Assembly (NCBI RefSeq): GCF_964355755.1
Contig: NC_092675.1
Span: 7,497,812 to 7,561,811 of the forward strand
DNA length: 64,000 nt
Origin: Antedon mediterranea
Lineage: Eukaryota > Animalia > Echinodermata
Reading direction: 5' to 3'
The notes under the pieces were generated by a model. That model was not told the origin of the DNA, did no database searches, and worked only from the letters and a program-made list of their open reading frames with translations. Made by a program: the position numbers and the translations under genes. Each line of letters begins with the position of its first letter. Within the stretch, counting starts at the first letter, position 1. This document shows, in pieces, positions 1 through 34,702 of this stretch.

Positions 1-745
1 TTTTATGTAATTTGTAAATTACAATTTTAAAATCGTATTAAAGTAATGTTCGTGTGTTTTTGTTTATGTCAGATAGAATGTATTGGTTAAATATGTACTG
101 TAATATAACAATATTAATAGGTTGGTATAGTACAGTTGTTTATTTCATTACTATTATTTTCATGGTGCTTTAGGTAGATGAAAAGGTCACCACTTTTACC
201 ACCTTTTGCAAATGCAGGAGGCCCAATGTACTGTCCTAGGGGATTCGTGTTATGCTCTACATACTGTTACCACACTAATATAATGTGAAACAAAATACAG
301 TACATTTTTTGATCTAAGAGGATATTGAGAGAAGGAATAAAAATGTTTTGATATATATATTTGTATATTTTATTTGTTAAATTTATCATAAATTAAATTT
401 TAATTTTAATCAAATAATACGGTAAATTTTAACATCACATGGCACATGATAAATTCTAAACCGCCTGGTGATATACTGAAATTTAATTAATTAATTTGGA
501 ACAATAAAGATGAGGAAATCTGTGAGAATGAGAAAAAGCCGCTCCAACCGAGATTCGACCCGGAACCTTCTGCTTCAGAATGATGTCCTAACCATTAAAT
601 ATTATAAATTTATCAAAATTAAGCTTTAGGTTTACCATACAGAATTGGTAACCTACTTAAAATAACTTGGTATTTTATAGTAATTTGTCATTTGGTAAGC
701 TGACTTTAGTCCCAAATACATTGGAAGAATTATATAATATTTCTT

Positions 746-966
746 TACTAGCCTATTTTGCTAGTAAGGCTAGCCCATCAGTTGGCGCACCAGACAGTTG
801 TTCTGAGCAGATAGCTCCTCAAACTTGTCACTTTCTTCTGTGAGTAGTGCAAAAGCGAGGGGTTTTCAAGTGACCAGTTGAATGCGCCTACAGTATTTTC
901 AAACATAACTTGGCTAGTATAAAGTTTATGGCATTATTTTGGGCAAGCAAACTAGTAGGGCTAGTA
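746..966. mobile_element. Degenerate MITE-like element
   Basis: Imperfect inverted ends TACTAGCCTA..CTAGT..GCTAGCCCA and TGGGCAAGC..ACTAG..GGGCTAGTA. Confidence 0.4.
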
Positions 967-1247
967 GAGTATGCTGTACATATAAATGGGCTAGTGAGAA
1001 CAAATACAAACTTTTATACTATAAAATAGTATGTTTTATTTATGTTTATGATCAAGTACAATGGTTAAGGATTATCTTGTAAAAATCTTTCATATTTGAT
1101 CTTCATTTACTTAATGTTATATGAACAACATATTAACAACAAAACGTTCTAACAAGAAAGTATTGTCTACTGTAAAACAAAGCGTTATCTAATAATAAAG
1201 CGTTAAATCTAAAACAACAAAGTGTTATCTAACATTGCGTTATCTAA

Positions 1248-12909
<11,662 letters not shown>

Positions 12910-13535
12910 AATCATCCATCCCACTGAACAGATAACAAAATCCTCATTTAACTGTGCTACATTGTATTAAATGTACATACTTACTAAATAATGTTGTTGT
13001 TTACTATTTGTTGTGAAATTTATGTACATTATATATTTTTTAATAAGACGTTTTATTTATCTAAGTGGCTAGAACTAGAAGAATCAGTCACACGAATGTT
13101 AAGGGTTTTACAATAATGTTATCGTTAATTAAATAGTATCCCGTAAACCCCCCGCAAACCCCAGCTCTTTATCCCCCAATTATTTGATACATCCCTATAC
13201 AGTATTACTTTTAGGTGCATACTTACATTCTGGATTCATACAATAGAGTTAAGTGTTAATATTAATTAACATACAAAGGTATACAACTTGGAATATGGAC
13301 TTGAGGTTCATATTGCTGAGAGAGTTATTCAGTGATTTTTTCTAATTGTGGAAGCTATTGATTGATGGATGGCACGAAGACAAAAACAAATAATAAACTA
13401 ATGATAACCATTTCATATTTAGCAATTGTGTGTCAAAAAGAGATGAAAATGATACAAATGTATAGAAGAAAACTATGTGAATGGTTGAGGGAATTAGAAA
13501 GAAGTGGATAGATTGTATGGTGGCATAAAATCACT

Positions 13536-13730
13536 CAGGAGCTTTGAATTTGCAACGGCCGATGACCGAAGTACTTCATACTTATTCACTCGGCACATAC
13601 ATGGATTTTAGAACGAGTTTCCTCACTCCCTATCTCAATACAAATTTGATGGATTATATGTCCAATTAATGACCAACGGCACATCAATTGACCTGACCTT
13701 TATAGGTCATCGCAAATCAAAAGTTCCCTA
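13536..13730. mobile_element. Degenerate MITE
   Basis: Inverted ends AGGAGCTTTGAATTTGC..GATGACC and GGTCATCGCAAATCAAAAGTTCCCT. Confidence 0.5.
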
Positions 13731-15003
13731 TAGAATGTCTGTAGGGCCTCGTAAAAGAGACAATTTTACTTTTTAAAATTGTGAAAACCATTATTTTTGT
13801 TTTTTCTTATAAATTTTACATTGATATTGATATATTTACGCGTGACAGGTACACATTGGGTTAATTTTTTGGAGTTTATTATTGGCAATACTTTATGTAA
13901 TATGTATTTTATTACGTTTTTACTGTTTTTTTGTATTTTGTAAAATTTATTGTAATTCTGGAATAGCCTGAACAATTCCTACTATAAAAATAGATATTCA
14001 TACAATGTATCCTATTGTGAAACTTTTCTACATAATATTTAGATGTGATTTAATGCAAGCAATGAATTTACTAGCATATTATTTTTGCGCAATATTTTTT
14101 ATTCTGTAGTCAGCTGGAATTTTTGTATTTTACAGAAATTTATAATTCCAGTCATGTAGTATGTACACGTTGGTTTGAAAATCAACAATGTTCCTCCACT
14201 AAGGGTCACATTATGTCCTAATCTAAAGGTCACATGTTCGAAAAGTCAAATGACCTGATGGTAGTTTAACACGGTTCTATGAACTGCCTGTTGTGTATTC
14301 TGATTGCTGTTAGGATATGACTAAATTATGTCTTGGCAATGATTCTATCATTACAAGCCCTTTTATTATTTAGGGTAAATGGTTTTCAAAATTGCATTCT
14401 GTTCTATAGAATACACTTTAGACACCTGTTGTATTTTTTTTATGAATGATTATTTAAATATACCACCTGCAGTAAATGGAAAAAGAAAAGAGTATGGAAA
14501 CATAGGGAAACTGTTATTGGATGGGGTATTTAAACAGGGTTTGTTTGTGAAAGTTATACTATCACACTTGTACAGGCGCATTTGAACAAGTTGAGCTAAA
14601 AATAGCATGGAAGTTGTATTAATACAATTAATCTTATGGCATATCATTAACAAAGTGTGTGTAATGATGAAATACATTACAAATAAACATGTACAGACGT
14701 GTTGACGCTCTTTATTTTTATTCGCAACAAATTCTGATTGATGTGTGTATGGGCATTTATAATGAAACCTATATCTCCATAATGTGTGCAATTTTGTTAT
14801 AACCGTAGTTGTTTTAGATTTGTGTGACAAGCTTTGTATAAATATTCTAAGCTTCATGATTTATGGCTGAACATTTTGTATTTGCAGTACAAGTAGTGTC
14901 TAATTATTTAAAGGTTGATTAATTTATATAATTAATGGATTGACAATTAGAGGGGTTAAAGGCGTTCTATATGCTAGCTCATTTATTAAACAAGTTATCC
15001 TAA

Positions 15004-15147
15004 ATCTAAACTGTCAAACTCTATGTGACAAAAAATGCCCATATATGGACATGATGATGTCATATCACTACCATATTTGGGTATATCACTACACCATATT
15101 TGGGCACATCACACTTTTTTGTCAAACTAGTTTTATAGTGTAGACAG
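15004..15147. mobile_element. MITE family B copy, left TIR degraded
   Basis: Body GTGACAAAAAA..GGACATGATGATGTCATATCACTACCATATTTGGG..GTCAAACTAGTTT..AGTGTAGACAGA has the same layout as 5524-5683. Confidence 0.75.
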
Positions 15148-15480
15148 AACAGACATGACTAATAATTATTATAGGATTCTTGGCATTTAAGGCAACCAAA
15201 TTAAGAGAATCAAAAATAATTTGATTACAGTTTTTTGGAATGAAAAATATTATTGAAACCTTTTACAATTTATTTTTAAATACCTACAAAATAAATTATT
15301 GCTTAAAAATATATGGAGCTATCATGAAATGGAAAAAACCTGACTACTACTGGCTTGTGTTGCAAAACAACATCTAATGTAAAGATATCCTCTATTGAGG
15401 GGACACTGTCCTATGAAATGAGATTTAGGGAAATATATATTAACACTACAGCAACCAGGGATAAAGGCACATCACATTGG

Positions 15481-15600
15481 AGTGGAGCTGTGGCTTGGTG
15501 GTTATGATGCTTGGCTACCAATCTAAGGGTCCTGGGTTCAAGTCCTGTCATATGTCAGGGTTTTTTTCTCATGACAATTTACAACTCCACTCCCAAAGAC
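15481..15600 (+). mobile_element. tRNA-derived SINE head
   Basis: AGTGGAGCTGTGGCTTGGTGGTTA (A-box) and GGGTTCAAGTCC (B-box). An inverted homologue lies at about 32045-32150. Confidence 0.6.
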
Positions 15601-16174
15601 TTAATAATAAGTCTTTGTCTATGTAGAGCATCTTGTGTATATGTTTGTCTTATATGTTCTAGTGCAGTATTTGGAGAGCCATCTCGATAGTGCTTTGCAC
15701 TCATGGCAATCCTCAGGGTGCTGCACCGCTGTATTGTCATGTATTGTTGTGCCTGAAAATTGAAAATAAAAAAAAAATAAAATAAAATCTCTATTAAGAG
15801 GACATTCGATGGTAGTACTGTAGTTTTTAAAAACAATATCACACACAACATTGAATCTATTTTTATTTATATTACTTACAAAAGATGTTTGAAATCCTAT
15901 ATATTATTTTTGCACCAAGGTTTTATTTTATATGAGCTAAATATGTAAATAAAATATGTATTTTCTTTTCTGATAAACTAGGAGTTAAGGTATTAGGAAT
16001 ATCCTATATATATATGTAATTGAAAATATCCACCTGGTTTAATAAATGCAAATGAATGAGATATCATGTGACTGGTTGTTATTCATTTAGGCAAAAATAC
16101 TGTTTGTTTGAGAGTTCCTATGTGTGTTAGTGTATCGCAAACTGTAAGGGCTAAACCAATTTTTGTATTCAGCC

Positions 16175-16462
16175 TTATTTATAGAGGGTAACCCTAAACA
16201 GTGTAAGGGGCCTTCTTATGATAACTGTCTGTGTGTGCCGTGGCTGTGTATACTAGTACACCGGGGTAACCCCCTACTTGTCTCGAAAGATGTACACATC
16301 AAGTGCACATGAGCCATATTTGTACACTGGACCTACGATGTATAGTCCTAATCCAAGAGGACTTGTTCTACCACCAAAACCATGGAGCGAGTGAGGCTCA
16401 AACCCTTGACGATATTATGGTACGGTTCCACTGCCTTAACCACTTGGCCATGCAGCTGACCC
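16175..16462 (-). mobile_element. Deu-domain tRNA-SINE copy
   Basis: Collinear with 38796-39085 (ACACCGGGGTAACCCCCTAC..TCTCGAAAGATGTAC..GTACACTGGACCTACG..TTCTACCACCA). Carries a tRNA-like head, TGGCCAAGTGGTTAAGG on the minus strand. Confidence 0.7.
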
Positions 16463-17841
16463 CTCTAAGAATACCTCATGAGGGAATGAAATCCACAGTT
16501 CACTAGGCCTATAATAGACTTAAATAGGTATAAAAATGCAAACATATTTGCAGTCTTGTTTTCGTCAATATAATTGTGTATGCTTGTGTATTCCCATTTG
16601 TATGGTACAAAAAAAAAATACTCAAATACCAACCTTATTATAACCATTTCTTTTAAGGCAATATCAACTGGAATATTTGAAAGAAATATGCTCTCTTATA
16701 GAACCAAAAAAAAAAAACTGCTAACAAAATTCATAATAATAATGCTTTATTAATATACATCATACATATTCCAAAAACAATTTAATAAATAAACAATTTG
16801 AATAGTATACAAAAATAAATGAAATTTCTTGTAAGGATTTCATTTTATTAATTCGCCTAAATTATATTTTACACCAAATAAAAAGTTGGTTGTACAAGGG
16901 TCCTTTGCCAGCAATTGCAACTAAAAAACTTCTTCAATTCACACTGCATTTAGCAACTTTGCACTGAGGGTTTGTGTTACCCGAAAGCTTGCAAATTCTT
17001 CCGTTTTACTTTATGGTTTTGTTTTAGCTTTTTGCTCATCTCTATTTGTATCTCCATTTTAGATCTTCACTGACACCCACAGCATTGCATTTTTTTCATT
17101 TGCTTTTTGATATATATTTAACAACCTTGTTTAGTTCTGACAATGATTCAGGCCCGATTCAAGGCACTTACTACATAGATATTAAATTATAGTTCACTAT
17201 AATATCTCTATGCTTACTGTTAACTTCTTAAAGTTAAAACTACTGTATTTATTTTGTTAGTATTATTTATAAATAAGCTTCTCTTGTTTATAATCGTTTT
17301 TAAATTGTACATAACGTGTGGATATTTCATAAATTCCTTTACTGTATCATGCTAAACCACTGTGACTGGTGTAGTGAAATAAATGCTACAGTACAACAAA
17401 AACTAATCAAAAGGTGCAGTGTTTCGTTTATAATCACAATTTGTTAATGGCATACAAAGAGATACCGAGATTTACAGTTAGTGAATGGAATGGTAGATTA
17501 ATATTAATAATTGAATAATTTATATTCAATACTGATAGAAATTATTGATTAAATTAAAACAATTTATTATAAATCTGTACAATAGGAGAATAATTAGAAA
17601 AATGAAACTATAAAGATAATTATAACATATTATACACCATGATTATTTCATATGAAGAATTGAAATGTGGAATGTTTATTTTATTTTATAATTATATTAT
17701 TTATAAAACTATGAATTTGATAGAAAGCATATCAAATATAAATCACTATTTTGCTTAGAAACGTACAAAAAATTCATTCAAGGTGGAATATGTGTATACA
17801 ATAGACACCATTAATCATACTGTTATAAACAACTAATACAA

Positions 17842-18137
17842 GGCTCTGTCTACACTATCAAACTATGTGACAAAAAAGTGTGATGTGCCCAAATATGGTA
17901 GTGATATGCCCAAATATGGTAGTGATATGCCCAAATATGGTAGTGATAAGACATCATTATGTCCATTATATGGAGCGTATCATTTTTGTCACATAAAGTT
18001 TGATAGTGTAGACAGAGCTTTAGGTGTTTTAACTAATCCCATTGACCTATATGTTACTCAATTCATATCACTATTAATACCCTATTTGGAAACATCACAC
18101 TTTTTTGTCAAACTAGTTTGATAGTGTAGACAGAGCT
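17842..18137. mobile_element. MITE family B: complete inverted copy (17842-18019) plus an adjacent partial copy
   Basis: Three TIR copies (GGCTCTGTCTACACTATCAAAC once; GTTTGATAGTGTAGACAGAGCT twice) and an internal 21-bp repeat GCCCAAATATGGTAGTGATAT three times. Confidence 0.8.
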
Positions 18138-19514
18138 CTAGAATTAAAAAGTACCATTATTATGACCAAGTATATAATCCCTCCATCTAAATTTAGAATT
18201 AAAAGAAATTTAAGAAAACTTTGATAAATCCATTGATAGTTTAATATGCCTATAATCACCCCCCCCCCCCCCCCATATTGTTTGCCAAATGTTGTACCCC
18301 CTGGGACTATATTTGATCATATACGGTATTTTTTTGTGGACATTTATTGTGTTGTGGTACCAATAAAAGTGAAACAATACTACAGCACCTAACAAACATT
18401 TTGATTAAAATTATGCAAATGTTCCTGAAGTAAACATTTAAACCATACCTTTTCAGATTAGCACCCTTTGGAGTTACCATAAATATTAAATTGAGTTGTA
18501 AACAAAAGTCTAAATCAGTGTAAGGAATCAAATATAAATCTAAATCTGTTAGAGACCATCGTACGATCAAAACGGTACTGGGTATGATCAACTAGCGTTC
18601 GTGTTCCCACCTAATCATCCATTCACAGAAGTACTGATGAAGATATCAATCTGTGGCGACAATAGAATGGACTCAAGACCTGGCTATCTTCGACTTTTAA
18701 ATAATAGAAAGTTTTGAAAAATTTTGCTAGGCTTGTATGATGTGTTTGTATATTGAAAAATGGTATATCTTTAAATATAAATAGCTTAAACTGTATTAAT
18801 ATACCGTAATATGTAAATCTAAACCTGTTAATTTGCTACACAAGACTAGGTCCACTTGGGGGCTGTGGTAGGCAGAAACCCACACCCCATGGTACTATTA
18901 ATATACAAAGTTATTATTTTTAAAACTATCTGTATTATGAAAGCTCATCGATTATGATCAAAACTACAGAAAGACTAAACATAGGAGGGAATGCTGTATG
19001 AGGAATGCTTTATGTTATTAATTGTTTGTACATTTTGATTGTAATAACGCCTCTTATTTTATATATTTTTTACTATCCAATTCTTCATCTATAAATTTAT
19101 TTAATTATAATAATTATTAGTTAAAAAATAAATTGTTAATACCAAATATCCGATATAAAAATGAAATTCACATTTTTAAAAATCAAAGCTGCCTTTTTTA
19201 TTTATTGGTGTATATTTACATCTTTTACATAATAAGTTAGCAAACTCTACTATATGGTGATATATAGAGAATACCCTTTAAATAATGAAGATAAAGCAAG
19301 ATATAGTCAGGGCTTCCAAGGTTCAAATACCCTTTTCAAACTAAATACCATAGTGATGGTAAATAGGCCTAAACTAGCCTTGCTTGTGACGGTTTCTGCC
19401 CCTTTTGAAACAAAAATAAACCTTCTATAAAAATCTTGGATATGGGCTTGGTCCCATCAAATTTAAAATTCACTGTAAGAATTTGAACTGAAAAACCTAT
19501 CAATAAGTGCTTAA

Positions 19515-20274
19515 CCCTTTCACTGCGGAGCATTATTCCCACCTCTGTGCGTAATGTATATTTAAGAAAAACATATGGTATTTTAATAAATTTTAAAAAA
19601 ATGCTAATTGAGATAATTGTGTAATTATTTTTGTGGTGTGTGATGGGCAAAGGGTTAGTCTACAGTTAGGTATAAAAAAAAATGTAATTTGCATATTGAT
19701 CACGTCATTTTCCAACTGGATATTGATAAAGATATGTATAACAAATAAAAATATAAAAAAAAATTGAATTATTTTTATTGTTTTATAAATATTATGCACA
19801 AATCAAAGTTTTGGGGCAAAATCGTGAAAATAATGACATTTTCCAAAAATTCACTATAGTACAAAACTAAGTATTGTTTCAGAATTTTTTTTTTGCGTGT
19901 TGTGATAAACACAATGTTGCCCTATTGGGGCTGGTAAATTTTGGTTACTTTCAAAATGGCCACCATTACGCTACTCAAAACAACTTTCCAAGATAGAATA
20001 CTATTATATACACTATACTATATATAATATAACTATAGAGGGCGCATGATTTTCAAGACAATAATACAGCTATAGAGGGCCGTTTTTTTTGCTGGAAAAT
20101 TTTTTTAATGACTTGCAAAAATATTCAAGTTCATCGAACAAATATAGAGGGTGCTATATATTATAGGCAAATACGATTAAATCATTGTTTTGCCCATACC
20201 CGGTATTACCGGGTATACGCACTTCAACGACGTTTGTTTATACCCGGTAGTACCGGGTATACGCAGTGAAAGGG
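19515..20274. mobile_element. piggyBac-like non-autonomous element
   Basis: Perfect 13-bp TIR CCCTTTCACTGCG / CGCAGTGAAAGGG, flanked by TTAA on both sides. Confidence 0.85.
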
Positions 20275-20943
20275 TTAAGCTGTTTGAATTATATTAAAAG
20301 CAGAGAGATATACATAGGTTGTGAGGATCAATGTCTATCAAGCATTATGATTACCATAGTGCATCACTTTTTAGTTAGCAATATAGCAATTTGACGACCA
20401 AGAAAAAAACGTCGAGAATATCTGGCCTTCTGAATACATTTTAAATAGTACAAGAACAAATTTGGGATCATTGGGTATATTAAAATAACGTCACTTAATT
20501 AATCATAGTGATAAGTTTAGTAAAATAAGGAGAAACCAATCACATAGAAAATATGTCACGATCTATTTAAACTATTGTGGTGTATATTGCTAAATGATTG
20601 TGGTATAAATTTGTTTTGCTCATTTTTTGAGATTTTTTAGATGAATAAGAGATTGATTGATTGCTGCATGAAAGCTGGGTCAAAGGTTGTATGCAATGAC
20701 TTGTAAACACTAAACCGTATGCTAATTGGTTGAATTCAGCTGATCATGATATTTGATCATATAAAATGACTTGCTTTATCATGATCAGTGGATACATGAC
20801 GCGAACTTACCTATTGGGAAAATTCTGGTTGAGGAAGTCCAGCTTGAGGGAAGTTGACTGATGGATATGACTGCTTGTATACAAAAAAAAAGTATACTGT
20901 AGGCTTTATATAATGTCATCTGATGTGTTTAAAATTAATTACA

Positions 20944-31422
<10,479 letters not shown>

Positions 31423-32044
31423 TTAATATCTAGTGATGTAATAAATATTTTTAGACATTCAACCAGCCTCATCAGCTTCACAGTCGTTTGGTCTGCTACA
31501 ATATTCACAATTTCTGTTGAGCAAAAATAATATGATTGTCAATAATTTCAATCTTGTAGTAAAATAGATTATATGAAATAGACAAGTATTCTTACGAACC
31601 ATACATTTGTGAACAAGAATGTGTTTGTGAAATTGGTAGGTCTAAGTGTATTGTAAACAGTAATATTTGTTTGCAAAAAGATATATCAGACATAATAAAT
31701 ATTATTCATCTGATTATGGATGTAGAATTTTCAGAGAAAGACAGGACTCACTGGTCTGTAAAACAATCAGACCTTTGAGAAAAAAACCTACAGTAGGAAA
31801 ATTATCAGCATTTTGTGACCATGAAAACCACAGATAAAAATTGAATAATGTTGGGACAGCCATATCTAGCTCATTCTAAGGTTCAAAAGAACAGATCATA
31901 CTGTGCATAGTTTATACTAATTATATGCAACGTAAATATCACTCACTGTGTAAACAATATTTTCATTGTGATGCACAAGAGTTAGTTAGTAGTGAAACTT
32001 TGATAACAAAAAATGACAATGCATTACTACATTCTATCAAATAA

Positions 32045-32150
32045 AAGACTTGAAAGAGTCATGAGTTACAACCCTGCACTAGGTCAGGATTGAACCCGGG
32101 ACCTTGGGATTGGAAGGCAAGCACGTTAACCACCAAGCTACAGCTCCACT
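32045..32150 (-). mobile_element. tRNA-derived SINE head, same family as 15481-15600
   Basis: The reverse complement reads AGTGGAGCTGTAGCTTGGTGGTTAACGTGCTTG..GGTCCCGGGTTCAATCCTGAC. Confidence 0.6.
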
Positions 32151-34702
32151 ACATTTTTTAGTACATGATTAAAAAGACGAAATAGTTGAGATAACTTAAA
32201 TTAATCTCTAATAATTGTACTACTTCACATCACATGTTGTACTGTATCTTGGCATAGGGTATACATTTAGAATAAATACTACAACTTTCCTCTTCCCAGA
32301 TGTATACCAATTTTTGTTGGGGTGTGGGGGGGGGGGGATCAGGGTAATGTAAAAGACATAAATTATGTTAAGTTAAGTATGCATTTCATAATGTTTAGGC
32401 TCTGCCCAACACACACCCACCTGCCTTCCTTCAACCTATTTCATTACATGAAATTGCCATGTATTGTATACACGTACTTGTATTTTTATCATGCGATGTT
32501 TGCTACAGTATTTACACAGTTAAAAAAATGTTTATCATAACAAATGCTTAGGCAGTCTTATACAAATATAGGTATCAAATGCGGAAGTATAAAGGCTAAA
32601 CTTGTTTATTGACAATTTCTAGATGTTTTGACGTTAGCCATATTCAACTGGGCTGTTCTAAGCAGATCTAGCTATCCTCACACTCATCGCGGCGACTGTT
32701 TACGTGCGAGCAGAGAGTAGCTCACTGTGAAGCGTTTGTGAGTGACCAATCAAATAAACATATTATGATCTACTGTCTCGTGCTACGCTATCATTTCGAA
32801 CGCTGTAGAAAAATAGTTAAAAGAGTTTGTAGGGCCAGAGGTATACAACAAATAAGGTTAGGGATACATGGGTAACGGCTACATGTTAAATTGTATATCT
32901 TAAAATTTAACAGAAAAACAATTTATCAATATGGTCTATCTGTACATCTCAAAGTACAGTAGTAGGCTTACCTTACAATTAATACCATCCAGAACATACC
33001 AATTAAAGCATGGAAAAGCTCAGACAAATAATAATATTCCAAATAATTCCTTCATGCTCAGACAGAGACAGTCAACAAGATTTTCTGAGTAATAAAGAGG
33101 TGGGCTGGGGACCACCAAACAAAAAAGAACGAATTTAGTAATTTTAAATACAATAGCTGGCAGACCACCGTACCTTGACCATTAACAGAATTTCCCTATA
33201 AACAAGCCTAAAATTAATCAATGCAGCCTGCATGTATCACCATAACGAACAGGTTTGCCAGCACAACCAGTATAGGAAGTCACATCAACATACACCACCA
33301 CCACCAGGCCTTCGTTGAGGAAGTAGAAGGGGTTAGCTCTTTTTAAACGAACCCTATACGGTAACATACCTTTTGGAACGGAATTCCTTTATACGTACTA
33401 AAATTATCTTCGTATGTCATGATTGTGTATGATCGTTAATCCGTGGTACATTTTGTGTGCTTTGTATTCATGACTCGATCTACAAATTGTATGCTTCTTA
33501 GCACGGGCCTAGAAATAGAACTACAGTACTATCACAATTGTCCATAATCTTAGCCTGGTACAAAGCTATCAAGCGGAACGGAAGTGGTGTATAGTAGGTG
33601 TGGTGATTCGTGACGGATCGAAATTCACCTGTTGTTAGCTCAGCAGTTCGGTCGGCTTCGTCACAATATAAGTTCATGGTTAATAAAACATTGAACTATA
33701 TTCATTTATGTAAATATTAATTAATTGATAAGCGTAGTAGTACCTAATGCAAAATTCAGTTTTAATATCTAAATTAGATATTCAGTTATTACATACATTG
33801 TTAGAAATGAAATATTTAATTTCAATATTTAAATTCCGTAATGGAATTCAATGACATAATCTGGTATAATTTCTGACAAATAATTATATTAGTATACATA
33901 TTGATACATTTCTGATCAACTAAAAGGTCTACATAGCAATGAATTAATGACTTTTTCAAAAAAAAATAAAACAATATCAATTCATATCATACATAAGGCC
34001 CAAGCGCATTGTTTAATTTCAACGTTCAGATTGTAAATTATACATTGATTTATATTAGTGTAGGCCTACATAGGCCTAATTACAAATAAATACGAAACAT
34101 AACATATCGTAACACAATTTACGATTAAAATGTTCTGTTTTAAAAAAAAATGTGTAACACTAAGTTTTAATGTCACTTGGTATTGGTTTGAGAACATAAA
34201 TTTTTATGAAATAATCTTGAGATCAATACCCATTTTAATTAAAAATGAAATAAATGATATAACATAATTATATCAACGATATTAAACTAATCAAACATAC
34301 TAGTGTATATACCGTACCTTGTCAATATTTACCTGACTCGATTAATTTACTTTAAACAATCAGGTTTAGATCGGTAAAATTTTGAAACAAATCAAAACAT
34401 AATATCACCAAAAAAAATCACTGAAGTAACTTAAATATTATATTCGTTCATATTTTAATATACAGGACTGTATTTTACTAGAAATAAACTTACCTACTCA
34501 ATAATGGTTTTATCTAGAACTTAAGAACAGAATCGACCAATCACAATTAGTCTTGAAACTTAAAACTCTTGAGGGGGTAAAACTTATAACTTGCAGGATC
34601 TTTCGAGTCACTCGTGTAACGACCATCGGACAGCTTTCACAGATTACTGTGATTTGTAATCAAGTTTTTGAATTAATCGAATACCAGCAAGGTTATAGTA
34701 TA

